Part shown: positions 35,785-49,027 of the stretch, piece after piece
Numbering within the stretch: position 1 is the first letter of the stretch
Layout of the letters: each line of letters begins with the position of its first letter
Source of the DNA: Mobula hypostoma
Lineage: Eukaryota
DNA length: 64,000 bases
NCBI RefSeq assembly: GCF_963921235.1
Contig: NC_086108.1
Span: forward strand, 106,704,001-106,768,000
Direction of reading: 5' to 3'
Position numbers and translations under genes: made by a program
Notes under the pieces: model-generated
What the model was told of the DNA's origin: nothing
Seen by the model: the letters and a program-made list of their open reading frames with translations, nothing else
The model's database searches: none

Positions 35785-37020
35785 TAAGTTCGTCTGTTTT
35801 TTCTTTGTCTCCATTACCTCATCACCAGTATCATTTTCCAGTGGTTCAATATCAACTGTCACTTCCCTTTTACTCTTTATATAACTGAAATTGCTTTTAG
35901 TATCTTTATATTATTGGCTATTTTGCCCTCATATTTCATATATTTCATAGCTTTTTTTAGATGCCTTTTCTTGGACTTTAAGAGCTACCTAATCTTCCAA
36001 CTTCCCACTCACATCGAGTTTAAGCTCCCAACTATGGCCTTCTTTCAACCATGACTCAGTGATACCCACAACATCATACCGACCAATCTCTAATTGTGCC
36101 ATGAGTTCATCCACCTTACTGGGAATACTACACACATTTATATACAGCACCTTTTGTCCTGCACTTTTGAATTTTGCCTCTGGTACAAGTTAACTCTTTG
36201 TTCTGTCTGCAGTTGTAGCCGGTCACTGACTTGTCCTTACTTACATTCATGTTACATCCATCAGCAACTTATAAACCTGTTGCTCATCCTCAGCTCTATG
36301 ATATTGGTTCCCATCCCCCGCCATATTAGTTTAAACCACTCCCAGCAGCTTTAGTAAACCTGCCCGCAAGAATATTGGTCCCCCTCAGATTCAAGTGCAA
36401 CCCGTCCCTTTTGTACAGGTCACACCTGCCCCAGAAGAGGTCTCAATTACCCAGAAATCTGAATCCTTGCTCCCTGTACCAGTTCTTCAGTCATACATTT
36501 ATCTGTCACCTCATTCTATTGCTATCCTCACTGTTGTGTGCCACAGTCGGCAGTCCCGAGAACACTACCCTTGAGGTCCTGCTTCTCAGCTTCCTTCTTA
36601 ACTCCTTGTAATCTGTTTTCAGGACCTCCTCCCTTTTTCTACCTGTGCCATTGGTACCATGACTTCTGGCTGCTCCCACTCCCTTTTCAAGATATTGTGG
36701 ACGCATTCAGAACATCGCAGACCCTGGCAGCTGGGAGGCAAACTGTATTTCGCTTTCGCATCCACAGAATCACCTATCTCTATCAGAGTCCCATATTACA
36801 GCTGCTATCCTCTTCAGTTCCCTACTCTTCTCAGCCACGGCCAGTCTCAGCGCCAGAGGAACAGGCGCTGTTGCTTCCTCCAGGTAGGTCATCCCCTCCC
36901 AACAGTACTCAAAATGGAGTACTTATTGCTGAGGGGTACAGCCACAGGGGTGCTCTCCATTAGCTGACATCCTCCCTTCCCTCTCCTGACAGTCACCCAT
37001 TTATCTGATTCCAATAGCCT
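35785..37020 (-). mobile_element. Older CR1 fragments (ORF2 piece and ORF1)
   Basis: ELRRKLRSRTSRVVFSGL (36506-36706), homologous to 22680-22960. Confidence 0.75.
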
Positions 37021-39310
37021 CGGGCTGTACTGGGTGGGAGCAACATGTTCCAAAGTCTCTCAGCCTTGGGGAAGAAGCTTTTACCTTGCCGAGTAGTCTT
37101 TGTTCATATATAGTGGTACCTTCTATCTGAAGATAGGAGGTCAAAGAGATTTTGGGACAAGTGCGGGGGCTTTTGACAATACTGAAGGTTCTGCAAATTT
37201 AGTGCTTCTGATATAAGAGACATGGCCCAAAGCGTTGACGTTCCTATTCCTCTTCATCAACACTGCCTGATTTGATGAACTCCTCCAGCTCTATGGTGCG
37301 CTGGATTTTCAGCATCTGCAATATCTCCTGTGTTTCTAATATTTGTCCTGGATGATTTTCTCAGCAGTCCTCTTAATCAGAGCCCCAAATGCTAGAAGCA
37401 TCATTCGAAGAGAATGAAGTAACAGCTGGTTTAGAATGTTTAAACGTGCTTGGTATAATGTTACAATCCTCACATAAAACTGCAAACCCAAACCTGTTGA
37501 ATGACTTCCAATCCTCCTCCACTTTCTGCTTCACCTGGGAGCTCTAGGAATAAAAGGAAAATCACCTAAAAATAAAGTCAATTTAAACTCTTTGCAAACT
37601 AACCTTTGTAAAAATTATCCTGAAAAGTCTTGTGTCATATTGCAGGCGGTCTGACTGAGCAATGTTAAGGAAAACTAAACCATAATTAGGGCTTGGTAAA
37701 CTTATCGCCCCAAATTTTATATATGTGCATTTTAAATTCTTAACATAAATATTTCATTTCTGGCATCATACTTTTAGATGTATTTTTAATGTTTATTTAT
37801 GATATTTCAGCATCTACCTAAATCAAATGCCAATGCTCCAAATTTCATTGAAAATGTCAAAAAAGTTTTGTTCAAATTGTTAGAGACAAGAAAGAAAAAT
37901 GTATCTATTGTTCCAGAGAGTATAACTAGAGGCTGTCAATATGAGTTGGTCATCAAGGAAATTGCAAAATTCTTAAAAGAAATGACAGTTGAATCTTTGG
38001 AATTTTCTTCTCCCGAGAACTTTGCTGTATCAGTTGTTAATCAAAACAGAAATCAACAGATTCCAATTTTGTAATGGGTGTAATTGTATCTTTTTCCATG
38101 CTTGTTTGCTATTTCTAAAAATCTTTTAAAATAACTCACTTAACTGGATGACATGAACTAACACACAAATACTGGAGGAAATCAGCAGGACAGACAGCAT
38201 TGATGGAAAGGAATAAACAGTTAATGTTTTGGGCCGCAACACTTCAAGTAACCCAACTTGAAGTAACCCAAACTATTGATTCATTTCCTTCCTTCCAGCA
38301 AGGAGCGTTTGATTGCTTTGTGCCTGTACTCACTGGAGTTTAGAAGAATGAAGAGGGATGTCATTGAAACCAATTGAATATTGAAAGGCCCTGATAGAGC
38401 GGATGTGGAGAGGATTTACCTGTGTATGTATGTATTTTTTAATGTTTGTGTATTTATTTATTTAGAAATACAGCATAGTGACAGGCCCTTTCAGATCAAT
38501 GAGCCTGTACTGTCCAACTACATCCACATGAACAATTAACTTCCCTAACATCTACGCCTTTGGAATGTGGGAGGAAACTGGGGCACCCGAAGGAAACTCA
38601 CATGGTGGCTGAGGGAACCAAAAAAATCCTTATAGACAGCAGCACGAATTGAATCCCTTGTACTGGTGCTGCGAAGTGATAGCGCTAACCGCTACGTTAC
38701 CATGCCGACCAGTAGTGGGGGACCTAGGACCAGCGGGCATGGCCTCAGAGTAGAAGGATGTCCCTTTAGAACTCAGATAAGGAGGGATTTCTGAATCCAG
38801 AGGGTGGTATATCTGTAGACTTCATTGCCACAGATGACCGTGGAGGCCAAGTCATTGGGTATATTTAAAGTGGAGGTTGATAGATTAGTCAAGGCGACAA
38901 AGGTTATGGGAAGAAGGCAGGAGAGTGAGGTTGAGAAGGATAATAAATCAGCTATGATGAAATGGTGGAGCAGACTTGATGGGCTAATGGGCTAATACTG
39001 CTCTTATATCGTATGCATTAATGGAAATCCATCATATGTGTAAACAACCAATACAGTCCAAGGAATAATTAATAAAGATCATCTAAATTCAGGGTTCCCA
39101 GCCTCTTTTTTGCCATGGGCCAATATTATTAAGCAAGGGGTCCTAGGACCCCATGTTGGTCTAAATTAACATTATTTCCAAAGCCAATTGCAGTTTATCT
39201 TCCAGAGGTTGGTAAACCAATAGCTGCTTTTCACTTTTGTATTTTCCTTCAAGGATGAGTCCTTAAACTCCAGTCAGCCACTTCCAACCCAGTCCTTTCC
39301 AATCAACATT

Positions 39311-39838
39311 CTCAATGGCCACATTATTAGACACACCTGTTCATTAATGTAAATAATCAGCCAATCATGTGTCAGCAACTCAATGCATAAAAGCATGCAA
39401 ACATGGTCAAGAGATTCAGTTGTTGTTCAGACCAAACATCAGAATGGGAAGGAATGTGATCAGTCTTTGACTGTGGAGTGATTGTTGGTGCCAGACAGGG
39501 TAGTTTGAGTATCTCAGAAACTGCTGATCCCCTGGGATTTTCACCAACAACAGTCTCTAGAGTTTATAGAGTGGTGAGAAACAAAAAATCATCCAGTGAG
39601 CAGTAGTTCTGTGGATGAAAATGCCTTGCTAATGAGAGAGGTCAGAGGAGAATGACCAGACTAGTCCAAGCTGACATGAACGTGACAGTAACTCAAATAA
39701 CCATGCTTTATAACAGTGGTGTGTGCAGTAGAGCATTTCTGAATGCACAACACATAGAATCTTGAAGAGGATGGGCTACAGCAGCAGAATACCATGAACA
39801 TACACTTAGTGGCCACTTTAGTAGGAGCAGGAGGTACT
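39311..39838 (+). mobile_element. Non-autonomous Tc1-like element
   Basis: TIR-like ctcaatggccacattattag, transposase 5' remnant, then a second same-orientation TIR at 39803. Confidence 0.8.
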
Positions 39839-41192
39839 ATTGACCTTCTGGTTTCCGTTGAATATTGAACCATGGACTCTGAAATGAGTATTGTTGCCAG
39901 AATAGCAGTGATTGAACTCAGATCTTCTCCACAGTTTTCTGAGGGTCATGATTGGGATCTGGAGATGTAGGAGCAGGAACGACGGCTCCTGCTTGGCTTT
40001 TGGGCCAAGGCACTGCCCTTACAACCCTGCATCAGGAATTATGCAATTTAAGAGATCTCTCACCAATAAACTTATATACTGATTTCCTGGAAAGTCATTA
40101 ATGATTGAGGTGTTTTACAATGGAGTGATGTCATGTTGTTTGCATGTGATAGTGAGCAGACCCCAGTACACAGTTTCAAAAGACAGACTAAACCAGGTTG
40201 AGGATAGATTTCATACCCCAGTGAGTTGGGACTTCTCTGCCTTGGCATGCAAAGTCAGTGCCTGTGGTCTGGGAGGAAGAGATCTACAGTAAGATCCAAC
40301 CATCAGGGACTCTGCAATGCTCCATGGACAGCAAAGGGTTTGACAAAGCACAGAAGAAGTCATGGTCATCCACTGAAAGCAAGGAAGACCACAATTGTGA
40401 CAACGGCTCCGGCTCGAACCACTGGCCCGGAGTTCCAAGATCTGGAGAGTGAAACTGCCCCTGTGCCCCTTTCCCACATTAAAAATTCTCCTGCACATGT
40501 TTCCTGTCATTGTCAGACATGACAGACAACTGCTAAAGTCATAGAAGAGACATTACAACATCTCTATGTTAACAATAACTTTTGGAAAATTGCAATACTG
40601 TAATTTAGCGTGACATCCCTGTACACATCCATTTCATTGCAGTTTATTTTCTAATGATTGCCATTATCTTTTCTATAAACATATTCCTATGGGGAGCACA
40701 AATAAGGATGGTTATCAGTGTTGTTTACATTTCTAACTTGTATTTTAATCCATCATCTATAATTTATAAACCCACCGTCATGTAATATTTATATACGTCC
40801 ATTATTCAACTCTTAAAAGCTACTTACAGGAGATATCAATAAAGGAATTTGGTCCTTACTGAGAGAAGACAGAGCTCATTTATATTATGCTCTTTATGAT
40901 GTCAAACCACTGTAACATAGTGGATACCGCGACGCTATTACAGCTTGGGCGTCAGAGATCGAAGTTCAATTCTGGTGCACTCTGTAAGAAAGTTTTGTAC
41001 ATTCTTCTCATGTGCACGTGGGTTTGCTCCAGGTGCTCCAGTTTCCCCCCACACTGATCAGTAGGTAACTTGGTCATTGTAAGTTGTCCTGTGACTAGGC
41101 TTGGGTTAAATTACGGGGTTGCTGGGTGGTGCAGCTTGTTGAGCCAGAAGAGCCTGTATCTCCAAATAAAAATTATTTTAAAATGCTTTTTT

Positions 41193-41630
41193 TAGATTAT
41201 GAAGATACGCAGTCCTCTTTTATTGTCATTTAGTAATGCATGCATTAAGAAATGATACAATATTTCCTCCGGTGTGATATCACAAAACACAGGACAGACC
41301 AAGACTGAAAAACGTGACAAAACCACATAATTATAACATATAGTTACAACAGTGCAACAATACCATAACTTGATGAAGAAGTCCATGAGCACAGTAAAGT
41401 TCAAAGTCTCTCAAATGTCCCACATCTCACGCAGACGGGAGAAGGAAGAAAAACTCTCCCTGCCATGCCGACCACAATCCGACTCTGAGTCATCCGAAAA
41501 CTTTGAGCTCTGATCAGCTCTCCGACACCGAGTACTGAGCGCCATCTCTGTCCGAACGATTCGACCTCCTTCTCGGTCGCCAAAAGCAGGCAAGGCCGGG
41601 GATTTTGAGGCCTACCCTCCTAAAGATTCC
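41193..41630 (-). mobile_element. Probable young non-autonomous retroposon with an L2/Rex-type tail
   Basis: CpG-rich body; minus strand ends gacaataaaagagg...ataatctaa. Family not identified. Confidence 0.45.
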
Positions 41631-43581
41631 TAACATGTTTAACAACCAATCATCTGTTGCATTTCCTCATGACACTTCAATATCTGTGTTAGTTTGTATT
41701 ATCCTGAAGAGTGCTACTTGAATTTATCTTTGAAATGCTATCTCTTGAGTCAAGTATAATGACCTCCTAAAGGGTTATCCCTTTAGTGGGATCACCTGTG
41801 TGTGACTTTGTTTAACATGGAGAGGCCACCACTCTGTCCTTGATGGATGAGGTTCAGGGCCAGCAGCATGGAATGCAAGATGACAGGGGACCCTTCATCG
41901 CTTCAGCCTTCCTCCACCTTCACTGCTTTTGTGATGTGTCAGCAGCTTCCACTGGCTTCACTGTTCTGGTCTTGGTTGGATCACTCTTTGTTGGGAACCT
42001 CCTCCTAGGGCTCAACACCATGGGTAACCTTAACCAGGAACTCGCCTTTGTGATGTCAGGTATGCACCAACCTCTCCACGATGACAAGTGATGATCCTTG
42101 GAGGAGGAACTTAGTAGGTGAAAGGAAGCAAATTGGACAGGAGTCCATCTTACCTCTGCAAGCGAGTGAAGTTCTTCCCTAGCCCCTGCTTTTCTTTCCT
42201 CATCACCGTTCAGGGCCCCAGGTGAGGTGACACTTCACCCACAAGTCTCTCGGGGTCATCTATAGCATCTAGTGCTCCCAATGCAGGCTCTACTACATCG
42301 ATGCACTGTGTAATGATTTGGTCTGTTTGAACAATATGCAAGACAAGTTTTGCACTCTATCTAAGTACATGTGAGAATGATAAACTTATTCTGATTCTCA
42401 TTCTAATGCTGATTCTACTCTTTCTGTTTGTGTCACTATCTTCAAGTAAATATATATCTGCACCCTAGGTCTTTTTGTTCAACAACACTCCCCAAGGCTC
42501 TATTATTCATTGTGTAAGTGTTATATATCTATCTGTATGTGTTATATATATTGTGTGTGATATATGTTGAGTGGGTGCACTGTGGTCTGGAGAATGTTGT
42601 TTCATCTGATTGTATAAATGAATAGTCAGATGAGAATAATCTTGAACAAACATGATTAGGAATTTATTTTAGCTGGAGTGTGGTGAGTTACTGGAATTCA
42701 AAGCCACAGTTGGCTGTGGACATCAAGGTGTTGGGTATATTTAAAGCGGAGGTTGATATGTTCTTCAGAATAGAACTGAGAGGAAAAGTAAGTCGGCCAT
42801 GATCAAATGGCAGAGTAGAGTTGATGGGCCAAATGGCCTTAATTCTGATCCTATGTCTTAGAAATTAAGGTTTTAAGTACCCACGTTCAGGGGAGAAGAT
42901 CTGCCAAACTCCCCAATCTGGCAGATTTGATATTGGCTATCAAGTGCCCTCTGAAGTGACTAACCAAGTCAATCAGTTCATGGGGAACTTTGTGAAGGGT
43001 TATTAATTCTGGCTTTGTCACTGGCATCTGTATCCAGTGAATGTCTCAGTGGGTTGGGAGGGTACACTTCATTGGTCTTGCTTTTCCATGGGAAACCGAA
43101 ACAATCAGATTGAGCTAACTGTGATTGGCATCAATGATGTCAAATCAAAGGGAGGTATGTTGATTAGAATGTAAAATCATCTATATTTGAAGTATTCCCA
43201 AACTATCTGATTCTTTCTCTTCCTTCTAGCACAGAATCAGAATCAGTATGAAGTTTAATATCACTGGCATATATCATGAAATTTGTTGTTTTGCAACAAC
43301 AGTACATTGCAACATAGAGTAATGGCTTTAAGGTAAGGGGTGGGAAGTTCAAGGGGGATATTAGAGGAAGGTTTTTTTACTCAGAGAGTGGTTGGTGTGT
43401 GGAATGCACTGCCTGAGTCAGTAGTGGAGGCAGATACACTAGTGAAGTTTAAGAGACTACTAGACAGGTATATGGAAGAATTTAAGGTGGGAGGTTATAT
43501 GGGAGGCAGAGTTTAAGGGTCGCCACAACATTGTGGGCTGAAGGGCCTGCACTGTGCTGTACTATTCTATGTTCTATGTAA

Positions 43582-44107
43582 TGTGCAAAATAGGTATATG
43601 TAAATGTATAGCTAGGTCACTTTAGCCTTCTGCACAGTAGTGTAGTAATTTTATGTATTGCATTGTACTGTTGCTGCAAAATTTTTAAAAAATTCAAATT
43701 TCATGACATATGTGAGTGATGATAAACCTGATTCTGATATGGGTCTTTATTCTGGACTGAGAGTGGGAAGGTGGGGAGGGAGAGGAGAATCATGGTTGGA
43801 AAAAGGAGAAGGGAGAGGGGAAGGAACAGGAAACACCAGAGAGACATTCTGCAGTAATCAATAAACCAATTGTTTGGAATCAAGTGGCCTTGCCTGGTGA
43901 CTCAGGGCTAGGAGTATCTGCACCTGTGCCACCCCCCTACCCCTGGCCCTCCGTCTCTGCCAACTGTCCCTTACCCCTCAGTGGCGTACCACCCTTGCCA
44001 TTCCCAATATCTTTTGCTCCTGCCAGATTTACAAACTTACTCCCTGCTGCACTTTGACAAATAAATTATTGTGAAAAAGCCTTAGGCACCCTAGCTATAT
44101 ATATGTG
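43582..44107 (+). mobile_element. Composite element flanked by mini TIR palindromes (copy 1)
   Basis: Reverse-complement paralog of 57460-57954 along its length. Confidence 0.75.
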
Positions 44108-45744
44108 TAAATAAAAAATCAATTTTTAAAAAATCCAAAAAGAGAGAGAAAAAATAATGAAGTAGTGTTCATAGGTTCATTGCCCATTCAGAAATCAGAT
44201 GGCAGAGCGGAAGAAGCTGTTCCTTAAACATTGAGTGTGTGTCTTTAGGCTCCTGTACTCCCTTCTTGATAGTAGCAATTAGAAGAGGGCATGCCTTGGC
44301 TGATGGAAGTCCTTAATAATGGTTGCCACGAAAAGGAGGCATCACATTTTGAAGGTGCCCATGATGGGACAGGCTGATTTACAACTTCCTGCAGTATGTG
44401 GTAGCGTAATGCTCTATAGCATGGGTGTTCTGGGTACTGTTCCCTCCACTGACTGTAAGGACTTTGTATTTTCTGCCTGTGACCATGTGGGTTTCCTCTG
44501 CATTCCAAAGACATACTGTCCAGGGTGAGTAAGTGAGGGTTGGTGCTGGAAGCGTGATGGCACATTCGGGACATCCCTTTAATCTAACATGCTGCATGCT
44601 CAAGGCAGAGAGTGTATTGCTGTGTGTTCACGATCCCTGCTTCTTTAAGCAGGCAGCTATTACCTGCTCCTTTAGCTAAAAGCTTTAATTGTGTATCCCT
44701 GTCTACTGGGAAATTATTGTTTGCAAACAAGACTGTCCTCTGTCTCTGTAATTATGCAGAGCTCTTGGTTACAAAATGTAACATTTACAGTGGCAGATTA
44801 ACTTGCCTCAAAGAAAACTATTTGCCTTTAATTCCCTGGATCTGAAAGACGACAATAAGTCAATAAGTACTTAGTGCATTTCCAAGTTGGGACAGGGTAT
44901 TTCTGCTCTGTGCTTTGTAGACAGTGAATTCTGCAGACACGGTGCACCATGTAGGCCATGTTTGCAGGGCACTGAGGACACCATGGCCTCCTTTTCTACT
45001 ACAGTGAGGCCACTCACCTCACGTTCCGTCTCGGCAGCCTCCGACCTGATGCCGTGAACATCGATTTCCCCTTCTGGTAACTTTTTTCTCCCTCTCCCTT
45101 CCCTCTTCTTCATTTCCCCACCCAGACCTCTTACCTTTTCCATGGTCGACTCTCTTCTCCTATTAGATTCTTTCTTTTCCAGCCCTTTGCCTTTTCCACC
45201 TATCACCTCCCAGCTTCTTACTTCATTCCTTCTCCCCCACCCACCAGGTTCACCTATTACCTTCGAGCTTGTCCTCCTTCCTCTCTCCCATCCTTTTTAT
45301 CCTGGCATCTTCCCCCTTCTTTTACAGTCCTGATGAGGGGTCTCATCCCAAAGTGCCAACTCTCTATTTCCCTCCATAGACCTGCTGAATTTTTCCTGTG
45401 TCGTTACGGTGCACTGCTGTTAGAAGGAGTGTATGCTTCTAGTGAGCTTGAGATCCTAAAAGATATTAAATAAAAGTAACACATTTACCTTTGCTTTGTC
45501 TTTCAATATTATGAAATGAATATGTATTATTATTTATGTATAGATAGTGTAGAATAGGCCGCCCCAGCAAACTCTAACAACCACAATTTAACCCTAACCT
45601 AATCACAGGACAATTTACAATGACCAATTCTATGGGGAGGATGTACAGTGAAGCTGGAATTGAATTCTGAACTCCAAAACCCTGAGATGTAATGGCAGCT
45701 CATTAACCGCTACGCTACCGTGGCGCCCCAGCCCATGGAAGGGT

Positions 45745-46070
45745 AGTGCAGTAACTCATCTGGTAGAGCCGCTGCCTCACAGCGCCAGTGATCCAGGTTC
45801 GATCCCTACTTCGAGTACTGTCTGTGTAGAGTTGACACACACTCCCTGTTATCACATGGGTTTCCTTTAAGTGCTGCGGTTTCTATGTGTGAGTTGGGTG
45901 GCGGGGGGGGGGGGAGGTTAACTGTTTGACGTAAATTGCCCATGGTGTGCAGTTGAGTGGTATAATCATGGAGAGAATTTTTAAAAATGGTACAGGCAAA
46001 GATTTGTGTAGATTTTGGTCAAGGCTGTGTTGAAGCAAGGACCGTGTTTCTGTGCTGTTACCTTTCTGTA
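45745..46070 (+). mobile_element. tRNA-derived SINE (V-SINE/HE1-like)
   Basis: A-box-like taactcatctgg, B box ggttcgatcc, core resembling gtgtggagtt...tgggtttcct. Related copies near 19305, 23200 (-), 38465 (-), 40915, 51400 (-), 52480. Confidence 0.7.
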
Positions 46071-47419
46071 GAATTGAAATTCAATCACTGTTTTCACATA
46101 TACTGAAATTCAGTGAAAAAAAAATTAGATTTAACATAGCAAATACAACCTTACAGCATAGTACAGGCCACTGCAGTGCACAACGTTGTGCTGATATTTT
46201 CAAGTCATAGAGTTATGGGGAACTACAGAACAGAAGCAGGCCCTTCAGCCCATGCTGAACCATTAATCTGCCTAGTCCCATCGATCTACACCCAGACCAG
46301 AGCCATCCATACTCCTTTCCATTCATAAAGAAGGTTGTCTGTCTGAAACATCAACTGTTTATCCTTTTCCATCAATGCTGCCTGACCTGCTGAGTTCCTC
46401 CAGCATTTTTCTGTGCATTGCATATGTCAGTACATTTTCCTTTTGTATGTTAGAAAATCAGCACAGCAACAGGTCCCTCTGGTCCAATGAGCCAACATTG
46501 CCAAATTGCATCCATGTGATCAACTAGCCTATTAACCCATACATCTTTGGAATGTGGGGGGCAACCTATGCAGTCACGGGGAGAACATAGAGATTCCTTA
46601 CAGACAACTGATTCTGAATAGATGGTGGTGTGAAAGTATTACTTTGAAATAGCCCATGAAAAAATCAATCACTGCAGAGAAGAGTGTTACAGTTACAGGG
46701 TAAGTGCAGTGCAGGTAGAAAATAAGGCAAAAGGATCGTCACAAGTTAGATTGTAAAGTCATATGTCACACTAGGGAACTATTCAATAGTCTTATAACAG
46801 CTAGGTAGAAGCTGCCCTTGAACCTGGTGGTACGTGTTCTCGGGTTTTTGTATTTTCTACCCCATGGGAGATGGGGATTTTTATTGTGCATTGTTATTGT
46901 TTCATCTTGTTTGATAGGAACGAATAAGGGAGAGATGATGGGCAGGTAGAACTAGGTGGAATGATAGCTGAAACTTTGGGTAATGGGTGGATGAAACTAC
47001 AAGAGGGAGAAGACTGGAGGAGGAAGTAGAGGTTTAGGGGAAAACAGACAGAAGTAGGAGTGCTGGATGGAGGGGTGGGGGCAAACAGAAGAGGAGTGGG
47101 TTACCTGAAATTGAGAAGCTCTGAGTTCACACCATCATGTTGAGAAGTACGCAAGTAGAATATAAGACGTTGTTTCTCCAGTTTCAGAATCAGGTTTATT
47201 ATCAAGTTCAAATTCAGGTTTAATTGTCATTCACATTGTTCCTTGGAACATAGAAAATTGAGCGGAGATTTAATAGAGGTATTCAAAAATATGAGGGGTA
47301 TAGATAGGGTAAATGCAAGCAGGCTTTTTCCACTGAGGTTGGGTGGGACTACAACTGGAGGCCATGGGTTAAAGGCAAAAGGTGAAAAGTTTAAGTGGAA
47401 CATGTTTAAGGGGAAGATA

Positions 47420-47600
47420 TAGACATGATAGTCACATACAGCACACAGTACATCACAATAGCACATACAGTCACATATAATGCACAGAATATAGACACGA
47501 TAGCACATACGGTCGTACACAGTACATATGGTCAGGATATCACATATAGTCACACACAACATACAGAACCTATATCCATGATAGCACAAACAGTCACAAA
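47420..47600. repeat. Degenerate tandem repeat (gcacatacagtcacat-like units)
   Basis: Direct reading. Confidence 0.6.
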
Positions 47601-48447
47601 AAATAATATTAGCACAAGTCCCTGAAGATTAGTGGTGTTTGGATGTTGCCTTGGAACCACATTTTCGCAAGAATAAGTATACAGAGTTCCTCATCTCATG
47701 CTGCTTCTGCCTTAGACAAAGGCATTCCAGCTTTCTTCTGCAGAGCAAACACTGGGGAGCAATACCAATGGGATAGTTGTCCGGCGGGGGCCACCCCCCA
47801 ACCTCGCATGGATTGCTGCACCTCTGTTGTCTCGCACACCACCTCCTTGCCTCAGGTTGTTCCTGACGACGCCATAGCATGAGAACCTGGGCCACACAAC
47901 AACCAAGCCCTTGCATCTCCCATACTGCCAGTCTCGCCATCAACCACTGAACCAGATTTACACTGTTTGATATTACCAATGTCCAACGTGGTCTTGCAAT
48001 CACAACAAAGAAGTGCAAGACACATACTTGCACCATTTTTGGACCTGCAGAGGCCTCTGATGCTAAGTGCGCCAGCACCTTACTGATATCTACCGTGAAA
48101 TTTGTTGTTTTGTGGCAGCAGGGCACAAAGAATATTATCATTCACAATAAGAAATTTGAAAAAATAGATTATGCAAAAAGTGAGGTGAAGTTTAGAAGTC
48201 TGATGGCGGAGGGAAGTAGCTGTTTCTAAAACATTGAATGCATGTCTTCATTGTTCATGTTCCTGTACCTCCTCCTTGATGGTAGCAAACAAAAGAGGGT
48301 ACGTCCTGGATGGTGATGGTCCTTAATGATGGATTCTGCCTTCTTGAGGTATTGCCTTTTGAATATGTCCTTGATTCAATTCAATGCATGTTTAATTGTC
48401 ATTCAACCATACACCAACACTCATGAATACTGGACAACAACACATCA

Positions 48448-49027
48448 TTATACTTTATACTTTATTGTCGCCAAACAATTGGTACTAGAATATACAATCA
48501 TCACAGCGATATTTCATTCTGTGCTTCCCGCTCCCTGGATTACAAATCGATAGTAAATATTAAAAATTTAAATTATAAATCATAAATAGAAAATAGAAAA
48601 AAGGAAAGTAAGGTAGTGCAAAAAAACCGAGAGGCAGGTCCGGATATTTGGAGGGGACGGCCCAGATCCGGGTCAGGATCCGTTCAGCAGTCTTATCACA
48701 GTTGGAAAGAAGCTGTTCCCAAATCTGGCCGTACGAGTCTTCAAACTCCTGAACCTTCTCCCGGAGGGAAGAGGGATGAAAAGTGTGTTGGCTGGGTGGG
48801 TCGTGTCCTTGATTATCCTGGCAGCACTGCTCCGACAGCGTGCAGTGTAAAGTGAGTCCAAGGACGGAAGATTGGTTTGTGTGATGTGCTGCGCCGTGTT
48901 CACGACCTTCTGCAGCTTCTTTCGATCTTGGACAGGACAACTTCCATACCAGGTTGTGATGCACCCTAGAAGAATGCTTTCTATGGTGCATCTATAAAAA
49001 TTAGTGAGGGTTTTAGGGGACAAGCCA
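48448..49027 (-). mobile_element. Young Rex1/Babar-type LINE 3' end
   Basis: Uninterrupted ORF 48673-49044 (LTNFYRCTIESILLGCITTWYG...HPANTLFIPLPSGRRFRSLKTRTARFGNSFFP); tail aataaagtataaagtata. Confidence 0.9.

Noticed and set aside
45745..45820. tRNA gene
   Set aside because: A and B boxes are present, but no full cloverleaf or terminator; it continues into a SINE body.
47420..47600. Periodic repeats as a CRISPR-like array
   Set aside because: No constant repeat with unique spacers, eukaryotic context, no cas genes.
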